A stretch of DNA of 58,391 nt from an uncultured Muribaculaceae bacterium (GTDB taxonomy: Bacteria; Bacillota_I; Bacilli_A; RF39; UBA660). Positions 25,901-40,311 of the stretch are shown piece by piece (the stretch's first letter is position 1; every line of letters begins with the position of its first letter). Location: assembly GCA_964513435.1 (NCBI GenBank), contig CAZEMQ010000001.1, forward strand, positions 71,883 through 130,273, in the 5' to 3' direction. The notes under the pieces were generated by a model. That model ran no database searches, had not been told where the DNA came from, and was given only the letters and a program-made list of their open reading frames with translations. The translations under genes and the position numbers were made by a program.

Positions 25901-26494
25901 TCAATCTTTATTAGAACTATCTGACGATTTAACGTATTCTGCTGGACGATTATCTTGTCCGTTTAAAACCTTAAAAATATATCTCCCTAATGATTTATAA
26001 TCAGATTCTTTTTTTGACAAATCTGCTTTTTTAGCTTTTTTGATTAAAATTCTAGTTTCTCGTCTTGAAATAATTCGTTCTCCACCCCACAGTTGCATTT
26101 GAGTAGATCCGTCCTATGCTAATACTTTCATTACAGGAGAACTATCTTTAATGTCATCTTCAAATTCTAATTCATCTCCAGTTTTTATTCCAGAATTAGC
26201 ATTAACTTCTAATACATAAACTGTGTCTGGGACTGTAACTAATCCTTTATCGTTAGGTTCTCTTGTTATTACATAAGTTACTTCTTGATCATCATTCATA
26301 AATATCTAATCAAGAGGTATCTATGTATCTTTCATTGTCATAGAAGAGTTTTCAGATTCATCAAAACAAAACAACATTCCTTCATTTTCTGGAAGTTTAG
26401 ATATTCCTTGTAAGCCTTTCCTCTTTTCTTCATCAGTTTTAGCTACTTGAATCTTATATTCTTTATCTCCTATTTTAATTGTTGCTGTTTCCAT
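25901..26494 (-). CDS. DUF192-like protein (197 aa)
   Basis: ATG 26494 to TGA 25903-25901. Merges track ORFs 26114..26299 and 25901..26098 through TAG codons. The motif order typical of DUF192/COG1430 is present: ..KRKGLQGISKLPENEGMLFCFDE....MTMKDT-TAG-IPLD-TAG-IFMNDDQEV....TVYVLEVNANSG.. Confidence 0.65.
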
Positions 26495-27305
26495 TTTGTT
26501 TTGTTGCTATTATTTCATTAGACTCTTTTATCAGCTAATCCCACACTTGTTGATTAAAGTTATCATAATCTTTTTTAGATGGTTTTGTCTCTTCAGGATT
26601 AACTGTGTAATGTTTACCAACAGCATTAGCTACTTTTTTTGCAACTTTTCCTAAATTCTATTCAATTCTAGATCTAGCTCTTGTTACAGGTAAACTTGGA
26701 TCATAATTATCTCCTTGTGTCATTGCACCTAAAACATTTCCGCCAATATCAGTAATAAAAGGAATAGCCCAAGAATAAGCATATGCCTTTCCAGCACGTC
26801 TTACCCATTTTCCTTTATTTATGGGTGTTTTAGGTTTTTTATCTTTACCTTTACTCTAATTATCTTGATTAGAGTTATTTGTCGTAGTTTGTGTATTATC
26901 TGTAGTAGTATTTTCAGTTGCCGTTTGTGTATTGTTAGTTGTATTTGAATTAGATTTTGTGTCACTAACTGCGGCAGCCATTGTGACTATACGTTGTAAA
27001 TTTTTTAAAAATGTAGGAATTTTTGTTATCTTACCAATAGGTAAGATTCCAGATATATCTGGTGCTATCAATCCGGGATTTTCATTAGCATTGGCTGTAA
27101 GTTTATAATACAAGCCTTTAACATAATCGGATAATTCATCTGCATTATTTAAATAATAATCACCTAATTCTCTACGTCTTTTATTCTCAGCTTTATTTGC
27201 TTCAGCTTCAGCTACTCTTCTTTGAAACCATTCAGGAGCTTCTATTATATTTGTATCTAAACCAGTTTGTGCTTTAATTGGAATTGGTTGCTTATATTGT
27301 ATCAT
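26475..27305 (-). CDS. virion protein (276 aa) with an N/T-rich low-complexity linker
   Basis: ATG 27305 overlaps the upstream TGA (ATGA). TAA at 26477-26475, overlapping the next gene by 20 nt. 831 nt, three in-frame TAG. Confidence 0.65.
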
Positions 27306-29668
27306 AATAACTCCTATGTATTATCAACAGTATTATTTAATAATTCATTTGTTAACATCTATCCAGCTTCTAAAGCTGCTTTTTCTTTTTCCTTCTAAGA
27401 ACTACTTTCATTATAATATATTTTATATAAACGTTCAAGCTCTTTAGTTACTTCTAAACGTAATATTACTTCAGATCTCTCTATTTCAGCTTGTTGTTCT
27501 CCGTTATTATCAACTACAGGAATACCTTTCTTAGTTATTCCATCCACATCCATGTGATGTTTTCTAGCATGAAGAGCACCTTCTGGAATTACGTTAATAG
27601 AACCTCCTTCTTGGAATTTTTTAGATTTAAAAAAGCCACTCCATCCTTTTTTATATCCATATAGATTTCCATTTTCATCTTCATCAGATATTGTAAAAAG
27701 TTCAGCTTCCTCAGGAGTCATTATAAGAAAATCATTTTTATCAATAGCTCTTCTATAAGCATCTTTACCATAATGCTTTAAATTACCATCGTCATCTTCC
27801 ATGATTTCTGCATATACAATAGCATTTCCATTATCATCAGTACTCCAAGTCATATAATGAGTTCCACGAGCTTTATTTCCTTCGTTATCAATAAACTCAA
27901 TATCTCTTACTGGTTCAGACATCCTTTGAATAAATCTTGGATTTTCCTTTTTGGCGTATTCTATAAGTTCTTCTAATGTTCTAGATTTTTTATTTGTTTT
28001 TCCACCTTTTTGAAAAAATTCTATATTAGTTTCTTCTATAGGAATTATTTCAGTAAATTTATTTATATTACCTCCGTTTTTAAACTACTATGTATTATTG
28101 AATAAATTAATAGGAGTTATTTTTGTAACTTCATATGAAGTTTGTTTTTTAGGAGATTTTAAAATCTATTTAACTTGCTACATCAATTCTAATGACATTC
28201 CTGACTTTCCAACCCTAACATTAGCCTACGAATAACCTCCTTGTAATGCAAATGCTCTTCTATTTTCATTAATAGCAGCTGTAGACTGTTGTATATTAAA
28301 TCTATTGGTAGCTGTATCTGCAATATCAGACATTACATTTTGTTGTCTTTTCGCCTCTGTTATTTCACTATTTGCTTTTTGTCTAGCTTTATTACTGAGT
28401 AATCCATATTTTTTACCACTCTTAGTAAGAGCATCATCCACAGTTGACGAAGTTCCACTATAAGATGAGCCTACTGTTTCAAATGCTTGTTCATTCTTAG
28501 TAATAGTCTCTGCTTTTTTACCTCCAAACCCATTTATCATTCCCATAGGAGTCATCTACATGAAAGAACTACCTAAGATAGCGTCGGCAGTTGTATTATG
28601 TGTAATAATGCCATTAGCTAGATAAGTGTGATCATTATCTGCTTGTAAATTATAGACAGTCTATACTCCTATTGGAATTATAGATTTTATCGGGACTTGT
28701 TCTAATTCTTTAGTAATATTACTAATTGTTCCAACAATTAAATTTGAATGTAAATTATTGGCTTGAACAAATTTCCAACCTTGAGAAGTTAATATGTATA
28801 TAGGATGATCAAAACTACAATCTAAAACAATCCCATTCTATAATTCAATTCTAACACATTCTTTCTATCTTGGTTCTATTATATGACTAACTATCTAAGG
28901 TCTTATTTCCTTAGTGTTTTCATTCCACCCAATTATACCATCTTCTGGCTTTAAGTCTTCTATATTAATAATATCACCGTTTGCTGTAAATACTTTAGTT
29001 CCAGCACATACGCACATCCCATCAGTACCTCCTCCTAATTTATTAACAACATTACCTACTAATTTATTAGCTTTCATAGCTAAAGATGCAATTGTTCCCC
29101 ATCCAGGAACCACAGCTATTGCGTCTGAAATTGCGTCATAGGCTGTATCTAATCCTTTTGTTATTGCTCCTTTATCTCCAGAATATTCACTCTTTCCTCC
29201 AGCTGCTGCCGTAAATGCATCGTTAGCTGTATTCAATGCAGCACCCCAAGTACCAGAATTTTTTCCAAAAGTAGAATTATTGAATTTATCTGAAAATGAT
29301 ACCTTTCCCTCAGGAAGAGATTTAGAAAAAGACTATAAATCTTCATTTAGAGAATCAATACTGACAGTAGGAGTTACTGATGTTGGTTCAATTGTAGCAG
29401 AAGTAAGTTGATCCCACTAGCTACCATAAGTTCTATTCATTAATTCTGTAGATGATTTAGTTTGATTCTATATCGGAGTTGCAAAATTTTTAAATTCTTG
29501 TGCATAATTAGGAACTGCTCTGGTAGCAAGATCAGAAGTATCCTAATACAAAGCAAGATTATAATTAGGCTACTACGCCGCAGAATAACCATAAATTGTT
29601 GCTGCAGGAGAACTAGTTAAACTAAGAAAAGATCCACTTTGATGTTTTGGTATTAATCTTTTAAGCAT
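27302..29668 (-). CDS. virion (tail/cargo-like) protein precursor containing a mini-intein (788 aa; 648 aa after protein splicing)
   Basis: ATG 29668 to TGA 27304-27302 = 2367 nt. Track ORFs 28895.., 28226.. and 27395.. are all in frame. Hand scans of 27901-28228 and 28595-29014 found only TAG as in-frame stops, including two TAG-TAG doublets. Confidence 0.8.
28595..29014 (-). mobile_element. mini-intein (Hint domain, 140 aa, no endonuclease domain)
   Basis: N-terminal block A CVCAGTKVFTANGDIINIEDL begins at Cys codon 29014-29012. Block B LDCSFDHPIYIL (TxxH-type). C-terminal blocks F/G VYNLQADNDHTYLANGIITHN are followed by the +1 Thr (28594-28592). Exactly 420 nt, in frame. Contains four in-frame TAG. 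Confidence 0.85.
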
Positions 29669-32600
29669 AACTTATTGAATATAAAGTTTTAATAGCATAT
29701 ATAATTGCTAATTTGTTACCTGTATATCTTATTCTAATCTTTATCCATTTATCTTTGACTTTAACTTCTTTTATTTGTGATTCTTGCCAATTCCAAGTAA
29801 CATATCCTCTGCCATCGTCAGTTTCAAAACTTTCTGGAACTTCTATATTATTTGTAAGAACTTCATCTGGTATTGGACTCTATCCAAGTTCTACTGGTAT
29901 TTTAGTAGTTGAATTACCATCTAAATTAGTCCATTCAGATTCATTCTTGTAGACTACGTTTATAGGATTAATCTAAACATACCACTAATCTTCTTTATAT
30001 TGCATGTTTCCTCTAAGTCTACCTTTATTTCTAACATCAACAGCTTTAGAATGATTCCATATACGATACTCATCTAGATTTTCATATCTGACTATCTCAC
30101 CACCAGCTAACGCAGAAAAGTCTTTAGTAGATATATTATCTTTTAAATGATAGTAATCCTCTATTTCGTTTATAGTGTCCTGTCTAGAATAATATAAAGG
30201 CATTAATGTAGATTTATCATAGTAGCCATCTATTGAATTTCCATTAGAATCCACTAAAGGTCTATGAACAGATTCTAATTCAGTATAATCAGAATCATAA
30301 GTAATATCACATCCATTATATTGATATAGTTCTTTAGTGGCTTCCTATCTTATATACATATTTTTCTTATCCTTAGCAAAATCATAACAATCTCCAATTA
30401 TTTCATAATGAAAAGATTCAGGTTCTGCATTATTACTAATTATTTGTAGATTATCAAATATTTTATGTACATTCTAATCTGCAACTACTACAAATTCAAA
30501 TTCAAATGGATGTTGTTTTCCATACCAATATGTTGGATATATATCGTCTGCAATGTCGATAATTCCTGCTTGTCCGTGTTTCCAAAAATCTGTAGTTAGG
30601 AACTACATATTATATTCTGGAATTATCGCTACAACAGATTCATAATATCCAGCATCTACATAAGTTCTATTTGTAAATCCTGTAACATAGGCTTCTCCTA
30701 AATCTACATCCTCCACTCCTGTGTAAGCCACAGATATGTTAGCTCTAATATTTAGAAGTAATACCACTTTGTCAGGATTCTTCTAATTTTCCTAAGTTAA
30801 CCACTACCTCCTACCTCTATCATCTTTTACAATATTTCCATCTTCATCTCTTTCATAAAATTCAGATGTAATATCATCATAATTACCTGTAAAAGTAAGT
30901 GTATCTCCGTTAATATTAAAGTTTTTATAGTTACCATAATTATCTCTAACTAATTCATAACTTATCTCTACTACTACATTATCTCCTGTGGGGAGGGTTC
31001 TATTACTTAAATGTAAAGTAGTAGAAAAGTTATTTCCAGATATTATATTATTTTCTAAGGTTACTCCATCAGAAAAATCATTATCATAATGACTTACTCC
31101 TAATTTAGCAATCCATTTAGATGTGTTTCTATCAAAACTAAAATACTAATTATATATATTTTCAGAATAACTTGGAACCCAACTATAAAAAGTTATCCAT
31201 TGCTACTAAAGTTCGTTGTAACATAAATTCCATACTCTTTCTTCAAATCCATATAGATTATCATAAAACGTAAACATTACATCACGTTTAAACTTATTAT
31301 AGTGAGATTTTACATTACGAACTCCGATTATAGGTTCTAATTCACGTTCTGTTAGTGATATATTATTATTAAGAAACTCTTGAACTTTAAAATCTGATAT
31401 ACATTCAAACTCAGATCCATTAGTTCTCCATATTTTCTTAGCAACTGTATCAACACCGTATACAGCATTAGGTGTTTTTATAACAGATTCTCTCCATTGA
31501 CTACCGTATGTATCAGATAATACATTTGGATTTTCTGGCAATACATTAGAAGTATTAATATAAACGTTTCCACCACTACCTTCTCCTGCAATAGCTCTTT
31601 CATTAACTGGAATTATCGCTACTCCATGTTCAAAAACACATAATAAATTTCCTCTAAATTCTATTATTTTAGTAATTGAACCATAAGTTTTAGGATAATC
31701 TCTATAATGTGTTCCTTCAAAGGTTCTAAATCCATTTTGAAAAGCGTCTTGAACCTAAATGTTAGAATATGCTATTCTATTACTAAATTCATTCTTAATC
31801 CAAGGAACGTCAGCTACTTCAAAGTTAACTCTTTCAGAGAGAGATTTCTCATACCCTTTATTTATACATAATGCTTCTGGAATTTTATAGGTTCCTTTAG
31901 TCATCATAGAATAAAATGGATAGAACCCTCTAGCATGTCCAAACAAAGATACTTCGTCTGCGTTGGAATCGTCAATATTACGAATATTCAAATTGTGTGT
32001 AGATCTTACTACTAATGTGATATACATTCCTAATCTTACAGCATTAACATCACCTAAGTTAATTTCATCAAAACTATCGGTTTGAACAACCTCATCTTCT
32101 ACTTCGTAATGATCTTTCCAACAATCTGGATCAACTATATCATCATTAGTTGGAGAAGTAGGATCTTGGAAATTTCTATTTATTCTGTGTGTAAATTGAC
32201 ATATATAACAATCCCCTCTATAAACAGGGGTATTTAAATCATTCCATTCACTATCAATAGTATTTAACCACCAAGTAGTATTACTTAAATCATATCTATC
32301 TGAAACAGCATAAAATCCCGATTTATCATTATACCTAATCTGAAAGTAATTATCAAGTTGTGATACAGTATATCCTGGAATTTTTATATCAATAAGTTCT
32401 CCAGAGGCATCGTATCCTGTTATGCCTATATATGGCCCATAACTACCTCTAAGTAAATTGGTAGCTTCTTCTGTAAGATTTTCTTTTCCTATATATTCAT
32501 ACCTAAATGCTTCTTCAGCTTCACCGGCTCTTGCTGAGAACATATTATCTCCAATCGCAACTAACTTAGTATTATCCTCTACACCAATAACTTTAACAGA

Positions 32601-34535
32601 AGTGTAACCTTCAGCTTTATCAAAACTAAAAGATTCTGGATAAAAATGATAACTACTTCTTGTAAGATAGTTAGTAGTGCCACAATTCCTAACAACAAGT
32701 TCCGTAGATGCGAATAGCGTATTTAAATAAGATGAATTAATATCATATTCAGGACATATTGCGGCCATAGGACTCACTTGTTGATTTTCTAATTCGTATA
32801 TTCTTCTTTCAAAATCATGATCAAGCTCTCTACTATCATCGTCATCTTCATCCTAAGTTAAGAAACTTTCAGTAATATAAGTCATTTCACCTTCGTCATT
32901 TATTAACGGCAATACTGGTGTATTACTTTCTTTATCAATTCCAATTGTATATGCTTGACAAAGAGTAGTTGGAATTCTTTTCTGTCTTACAAAAAAGAAC
33001 CCTTTTATTCCTAATGTATTCTATAAATAATCAAGAGTTTCTTGTTTTACATAAAACTAAATACCTATTACTGTGCTAAAATCAGAACAGTTAATCTATA
33101 TAACACCTTTAGCATTTTCATAATTTACAACAGTATTATAAGAAACATCATCGGAACTAGAATCATCTACAATTCTATAATACTATTCGTCATAATTTAC
33201 ATATACTCTATTTTCATCCTCATCAAATAGCTCTACTTGCGTATAATCATTTTGTGTAATATCTGTAGTAAGAACTCCCCCTCTAACATTAAATACATCA
33301 GTTAATGTATTATCAGATAATATAAACACTACTCCAAATCTATACATCTCATCATCCCAGTAACCTACTTTATTATAGATATAAGAAGTATCATAATAAG
33401 TATTAGATGTAGAGCCAGTATAATCCACACCTAACTGGTCAACATTATATTGTTCTGTTGTATCAATTATAGGAAAAAATCTTAAAGCACAATCTGCTAA
33501 ATCTTCATAAGGAATTTTAAGTTTATCAACATTAGCTAAAAATAACATATTCTGTGCTACATCTTGTGTTTCAGCAGAACCATATACTTGAAACATAAGA
33601 TTTATTTCGTCTACTGATATTTCAGTAGTATCTTCATATCCAGATATTGTTAAGGTTGTTCCTCCACTTTCAGCTAATATATATTTCTAATTTATTTTAT
33701 ATGCAGAGACAGTTGCATTTTCATCTAAATCAGATGTAGATTTAGTATAATATATTACTATTTTAGTATATCCGGGGTCAGTATTGGATATTACAAAACG
33801 TACCTATTTATAACAGTTTTCGTCTCTAAAACCACCTCTAACAGAGTCTGCATTATTTCCTATAAATAAAGAAACCAATCCAGATTCCGCTATAAAATCT
33901 GATTCATTTCCATCTTCGTCTACATATTTAAAATAGAAGTGATAATTACCAACACTTAAATTACCTCCATATAATATTCCGCCAAATTTAAGTCTCGGAA
34001 TGGTTGTTGTTTTCTTATATAATGATGTATCTATATCAAACTAATCTCCTTGATCATATATGTTAGAATCATTATTTCCTTTTCTATTACATACTTGATA
34101 TTTATTTCTCTCTGTAGCACTAAATCTAGAATTAATAAGCCTAGGAGGATTTAAGCCATCATTTATTATCAAATTAACGGAGTTATCATATGACCACTAA
34201 GGAGTTAGATTAACTGGATTATTAAGACTAAAACTTAATTCATCAGTTTCAAAATCTACAAGCTGTCCTTTTTGATATACTATAGGTTGAGTTTCTGTTG
34301 CAGGTATTAAATCAGACCACGAATTTGAACTTGAAGCATAAGATTCAAATTGTGCTTCAGTTATTCCGATTTCATCACAGAATTCAGATATTTCCAATAA
34401 TTTATTCTTATAATAAATCATTGTGTGATCCAACCTATAGTTATAAAAAGGATTATATTCATAAACTAAATTTCCTTCAGTTGGAGTAGTTTTTACTGCT
34501 ACTCCAAAGGAAAATGTTTGGTTTAATTGCTACAT
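29661..34535 (-). CDS. large tail-associated structural protein (1,624 aa)
   Basis: ATG 34535 (second codon is TAG) to TAA 29663-29661 = 4875 nt. Track ORFs 34197.., 33183.., 31755.., 31206.. and 29985.. are all in frame. The tail role is inferred only from size and position in a crAss-like structural module. Confidence 0.75.
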
Positions 34536-34537
34536 TG

Positions 34538-37500
34538 TTAATTAACATTATTAATTTGTATAATGTTCGTAATTGCTATGTTCTATTCTTCCTGTCTACC
34601 TAATATTGTAGTTAACTGATTAGATGAATACCCAGAACCAACAACTACCTACACTTTATCGTCTCTTATTCTTATACTATGAACAGAATTACTCATTGAG
34701 TTTAATGCTGTACTAGAAATTCCGTTATCCTATTTTAAATATGATATAACATTCATATCAGAATCATATATGTTAGCTGTTGAAAGAACATCATATTTAT
34801 AAGTACCATCTACAGAATTATAATATAATTGTTTATTTGTATTGTATAACTCATCAATAAATTCCTAATAACTAACAGATCCAGATAAAGTTATAGTTAT
34901 AGTAAAATCCTATTCAGGCTCATAACGTAAATTATTCGGATGCTAATCTGTATTTTCTAATTTTACTCCATTTATTGATAAATACATTGTACAAGAAATA
35001 TCAAATGGAATATTAACAGTCCAAGTATAATCATCCCAATATAGAGCTTTAGCCCATTCCATTACAGTAAGTGTATCTGAAGTCTTAGTAAACTTATAAT
35101 ATTTAAGCATTGGAGATGCAGCATATTCATCATTATTTGTTTCTATGTGTTGACGTTCAACACCAAAAGGCTTATATGTACCAGTTAAAGAATCCTCTAC
35201 ACATTGACCTGTATAAGGTACATCATACCAACTTGAAGTATAAGCTCCAGATTTACCATACGTAAACAATACTGCATCCGAATTATTATTTCTAAAACAA
35301 TACAGTAGAATTACACCTGCAGTAGCAGTATCTCTAATACCATAAGATCTTTGATATGTAAGTCTACCATCTTCACCTCCAGTTACATCTCCTTTTCCAA
35401 CAATAGTATATGCTCCGTCACCTTCAGTCGTATCTGCAGCTACTGCAAATTTAATAATTACAACATCATAAATATCCAAATAATTCTATACATTCTGGTA
35501 AGCTATAGGATAACCTGAGAATACATTTGTAACACGTGAATCATCGCCCCAATTATCGTAGTTACTTCTTTCACTTTTATCGACTCCTATGTAATCTCTA
35601 GCAGTAGCTAAACAACATCCTGAATCATGCCCACCACTAAAAAGCATCCATAAAGTTATGTAGCTTATAGGTTCAAAATTGTATTCTATTGTAAGATTAG
35701 TTTGATTAGAGTAATCAACTAATATAGGAGCAAAAACACTTAATAGAAGTGTACTACTAATAGTATTATCGTCAGGGTCTACAGATACATATACAGTAGG
35801 ATTAAAATGTATATCTTCAATAGTAGACGTACTAGAACTATTACCATTTGTAACAGACGTTTTAGAAGAGGTATTAGATGTATTTACAGTGCCAACTGTA
35901 GCATTAATATCTTCAAATTCTACAGTAAATGTACTATTATCGTTTACACTTCCTATTAAATTAAATGAAAAGTCATTTGAATATTCATAATCAGCAGTAT
36001 ATAGTACTTCTTCTCTTGTTGTACCTTGTATAAACGAACTTATCGAATCACCATTCGTTAAAACCTAGGAGTTATTACCTATTTCTGATTCAAAATTAGT
36101 ATATCCAAATATATAAGGTCTATAAGTCTATATAGCATCTTCTAATACTATATTCTTATAGTCGTTTTCAATATCTTTTGAGTAATAGTAATCATTAAAC
36201 AAATTACTAGTGTACATAAATCTATAATATTCTATGTACTTTTCATCATTATAATTAATGATAATCTTTACTAAGTATAAAGAATAATTTTCTAATTTAT
36301 TAATACTTTCAGTAAAGTTACCAGAATATGAACTTTGATTATTAACAACATGAGTATAGTAAGGATCTATACTTGGAAAATCAATACTTCCACTACTTAT
36401 CGCCTCTGTAGATTCTTCATCTGGTTCTTCCCATGTTGGAGTTTCATCAACTTTATAAACACCTCTATTATAATCTACATTTATATAATTAGAACATATC
36501 CAATCATAAATTTCTTGAGTAAATTCATAGAATTCAAATGTAACACTTTTTATTTCTTTATTTCTTTCAGGATAAGCATCTAATCCCCAGTTTAAAGTAA
36601 TATTATTTGAGTTCCAATAATAACGATATTCTATTAAATCAATTTCACCAGTACCTAACTTAGATATATCTATTGAAAATGTAGTAGCTAAATATGCAAG
36701 ATACCCAAAAGGCATTCCTGGATATACTGTAAATTCAACAACGCCTTCTGCATCTGCATTTAATACAATAGGAGTTGTCAATAAAAACTAATTATCACTT
36801 CCATTATTATATCTAGCAGTGGTAATACCATCATTTGTTGCATAATCTGGAGCTTCATCATCATTAGATGGAGCTGCATCTACATAGTAAGGTGTATAAA
36901 AAGTTGTATTCTAATTATTCATAATATCATTATCAACTCCTACACCACTCGATTTAGGATAATCATAAACTACAATTTCGTTAGTTGTATTTACCGCTGC
37001 GTCACAGTCTACTCTTACAGCATATAAGTTTATTTTATCCTGTGCACTTTCATTATCATAGTTCCAATTTAGAAATAAATATATATTCCATTGATCATCA
37101 ATTTTAACGGCATCCCAAGTGACATCAAACTGTTCAATAACTTCTAATTCGGCAAGAATTGCTAATTTACCACTCACATTAGAAATTACTACATTGTAAT
37201 TAGAATTAATTAGATTTCTATATTCATCTAAATCTATTTTTCCATTAGTAGCTGTTATCTTATCACTAAGAATATAGTAATTATTATCTTGCCATACCAA
37301 TGTATCATTCAAGTTAGTAATAGTTCCATCATCCTAAACAAGTACTACATTAAACTTTAAGTATCTAGGATAAGCATCGGGATTATAGTTTCCAGCCTAT
37401 TTAGCACTTATATAATTTACAGATTCTAATTGCTCACAATATATCTAAAATTTATCACCTGGATTTAATTCTTTATCCAATAATATTAACTTCTTAGAAG

Positions 37501-37879
37501 GAGTTGCAATCATTCCATTAGAATCATAAAATTCTAGTGTGTCTAAAATCTTTTCTGTTTCCCCTAATTCATCAGTAGTAATATTTCTTTCAGGAGAAGG
37601 AAAGCTCCCTATCTAACACTTTCCAATAAGAGGGTTGTAGGAAACAATGTATATTATTCCTCCTAGTTCGGTAGTTCCCAATGGTACATATCCTTCTGGG
37701 AGATATGCTGTCTCAACTCTACCATTACCCATATCATTCTACAAAATGTACTCATTACCATTAAAAGTAATAAGAGTAGCATTTAAAGCATTAGTTAATA
37801 CGTTATTAGGAGTGACTAGAGGATTGAGATCCATTATTAATCCACCATCAAAACTATTTGCTGCTTCAGTCTTTTTCAT
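34538..37879 (-). CDS. large tail-associated structural protein (1,113 aa)
   Basis: ATG 37879 (ATGA overlap with the upstream TGA) to TAA 34540-34538 = 3342 nt. Track ORFs 36911.., 36128.. and 34943.. are in frame. TAG-rich. Confidence 0.75.
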
Positions 37880-38910
37880 AAAAATTCATATTCATTAGTA
37901 AGAGTCTATATATCACTAAATTTAAGAGCATTTCTAATTAAAATTAGTTCTGCTTTATCTGTTACTAAATTCTAAACAAAAAATTTACTTTTAATTCTAG
38001 ATATATATGGAATTCTAAAAATATATTTTTTACCATGTTCACATATACGACATTCATCGAATATCTAATAAACCATTACAGGTCCAAATTCAAAATATTT
38101 TCTACGTCTACCTTTCTTCTTTATCTGTGATAAGTATTTATCATATTGATTATCAGTTAATGCAAAATAATAATAACCATCCCATTCTAATTTCTTTCTT
38201 CTATATAATACTCTTAACTTTATAGCTAATTTTCTTACATAATACCGAAAGTGAACTAACGGATCTGATCTCAAATTACCAATATAACTCCAAAATTTGT
38301 TGTCTCTTATAAGAGTATCTCCACCATAACTATTATGTAAATATAAAGACCTCCATCCAAATTTTAAAATTCGTTTTATATCTTGCTTAGATATACTAGG
38401 AAATAATGAATACATCTATTCATAATAATCATTTATTTTTTTATCGTATTTACTATCTCCATATTGCATTCCGTTGTTTATATTATTAACTAATTCGTTA
38501 ATATGTTTCTTATCTATATATACAGTTTTTGTTCTAGGAGTTCCTTTTCTATACATATAGAAAGTTATACACGCTCCTGTAAAATTTGATTTAAAAATAT
38601 CTAGATCTTTAAGTAATCCTAACTACCTTTTGATTTTAAGTTCATCTCCAGAAAATCTTCGTACATTCATTTTACATCTTGGTACTCCATTTAACGGAAG
38701 CCAAAAAGTTACATTATTAGTAATTATATCATCAATTACGATTTTATAACATTCCTTAAATATCCTTTCTGTTAGTCTATGCCTATGTTCATCATTAAAA
38801 AGTTCTTTACACTATTTACAAGTTGTTTTAAGTTTCTTGAGAGGAAAATTATCAAATAAATTTCCAAGTGAAAACGCACATCCAAGAGCATATCTATGTG
38901 TATCACTCAT
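37876..38910 (-). CDS. hypothetical basic protein (344 aa)
   Basis: ATG 38910 to TGA 37878-37876 = 1035 nt. In frame with track ORF 38065..38415. I translated it by hand; the only internal stops are TAG. Confidence 0.7.
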
Positions 38911-39598
38911 ATAACTTCAAAGATCTATTATGACTCTTTCTATTCCAACTTGTCTTAGCATCCAATACCTGATCCCAAGTATTTTGAGACATATAAGTAT
39001 CGGTTCTAGCCTAATCAGCACGTATTAACCACTATTGTCTTAGTGTTTCTGCCAAATTTATTATATTAGCATTATTAGTCATCATTCCTTCTCTGAATTT
39101 AATTACATAAGCACAGTAAGTAGCCAATGCCATAGCTTCTTTATCAGTTATTTCTGGAAGTCCATCATCATCGAGTATATATCCTTTGTAAAGAATATTT
39201 ATTCTTCCATGAGGTTTATCAAAATATAATTTATTTCCTACCTATTCATATTTTATAAACTTACCAGAAGCGTATAAAGGATGTCTAAATGCTTTTCTAT
39301 GCTCAATATACGATTCTATAAATGCTGAACGTATATCTCCATTAGGAGTATCATTAGTACTCCAAGCCCATTCCTCAAAATCTGTAGTTACAGCTTCAAT
39401 CTAATCTACATTACAAGGAAGCTCTATTCCTTTTTCACAATTATCTACACAAGTACTATATCTATACAATCTAGTACGTTTATTACCTATATATTTCCAA
39501 CCTATTATTGCAATTTCTTCCCAATCGTCCTCCTACATTTCAATACCATACATAGTATTCATAAGAGTCATCGCATAATGAAAATTATTGTATTCCAT
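38903..39598 (-). CDS. hypothetical protein (231 aa)
   Basis: ATG 39598 to TGA 38905-38903 = 696 nt, with an 8-nt overlap onto the next gene. Five in-frame TAG. Translated by hand. Confidence 0.7.
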
Positions 39599-39614
39599 AA
39601 TTAGTTTTTATTTA

Positions 39615-40307
39615 TTATCCAGGCATATATTCCTGAGTGTTAGGATAATTAGAAGGAGATAATTGTCTATAATATCTAACTAGTTTTTCTGTTAATCTCC
39701 TTTTTACTTCATTATCAATAAATGTAAGATTGTAGTCTTTATTTTCCATGCAACATTCATATTGTTCCAACTATCTAACATCTTTAAAAATAGCTGTAAT
39801 AGAAATACTATTTAATAACGGAGCATTAAAAACAAAACAATCATACATTCCATTTTCATTAGGAGTTGTATCTATCCAAACATAAGGTTTATTTTTACCT
39901 CTTTTTCTATATTTTCTATATCTAAATGCTGTTGAAGATGTATAAACTACGAAAGGTAACTATCTATCTGTTGAACCTACATAATCAACTGAAAGATTTC
40001 CAAAATCGTTGAACAACTATGGAATTTCAAAATGAGCTATAGGTGGTTCTGAACAAATATCACTAAAGTTACACATACATCGTTCTATATTTTTACAGTC
40101 TATTGGAATACAGTTTATAGATATGTATAAATCTTTTAAAGGTAAAATTCCTTTTAAAGAATATTCTTTTAAAACTTGAAGTCTCTCTAATACTACAGAA
40201 TCTTCAAGCTATTCCATAGACATACTAAGATTAGTATGATAACCTCTTAATCCAGAAACAACATCGTTTCTAATAGCAGATGCTAGTTTTTCTATTTGAT
40301 TAGCCAT
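39615..40307 (-). CDS. hypothetical Cys-rich protein (230 aa)
   Basis: ATG 40307 to TAA 39617-39615 = 693 nt. Four in-frame TAG. Translated by hand. Confidence 0.7.
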
Positions 40308-40311
40308 AATG

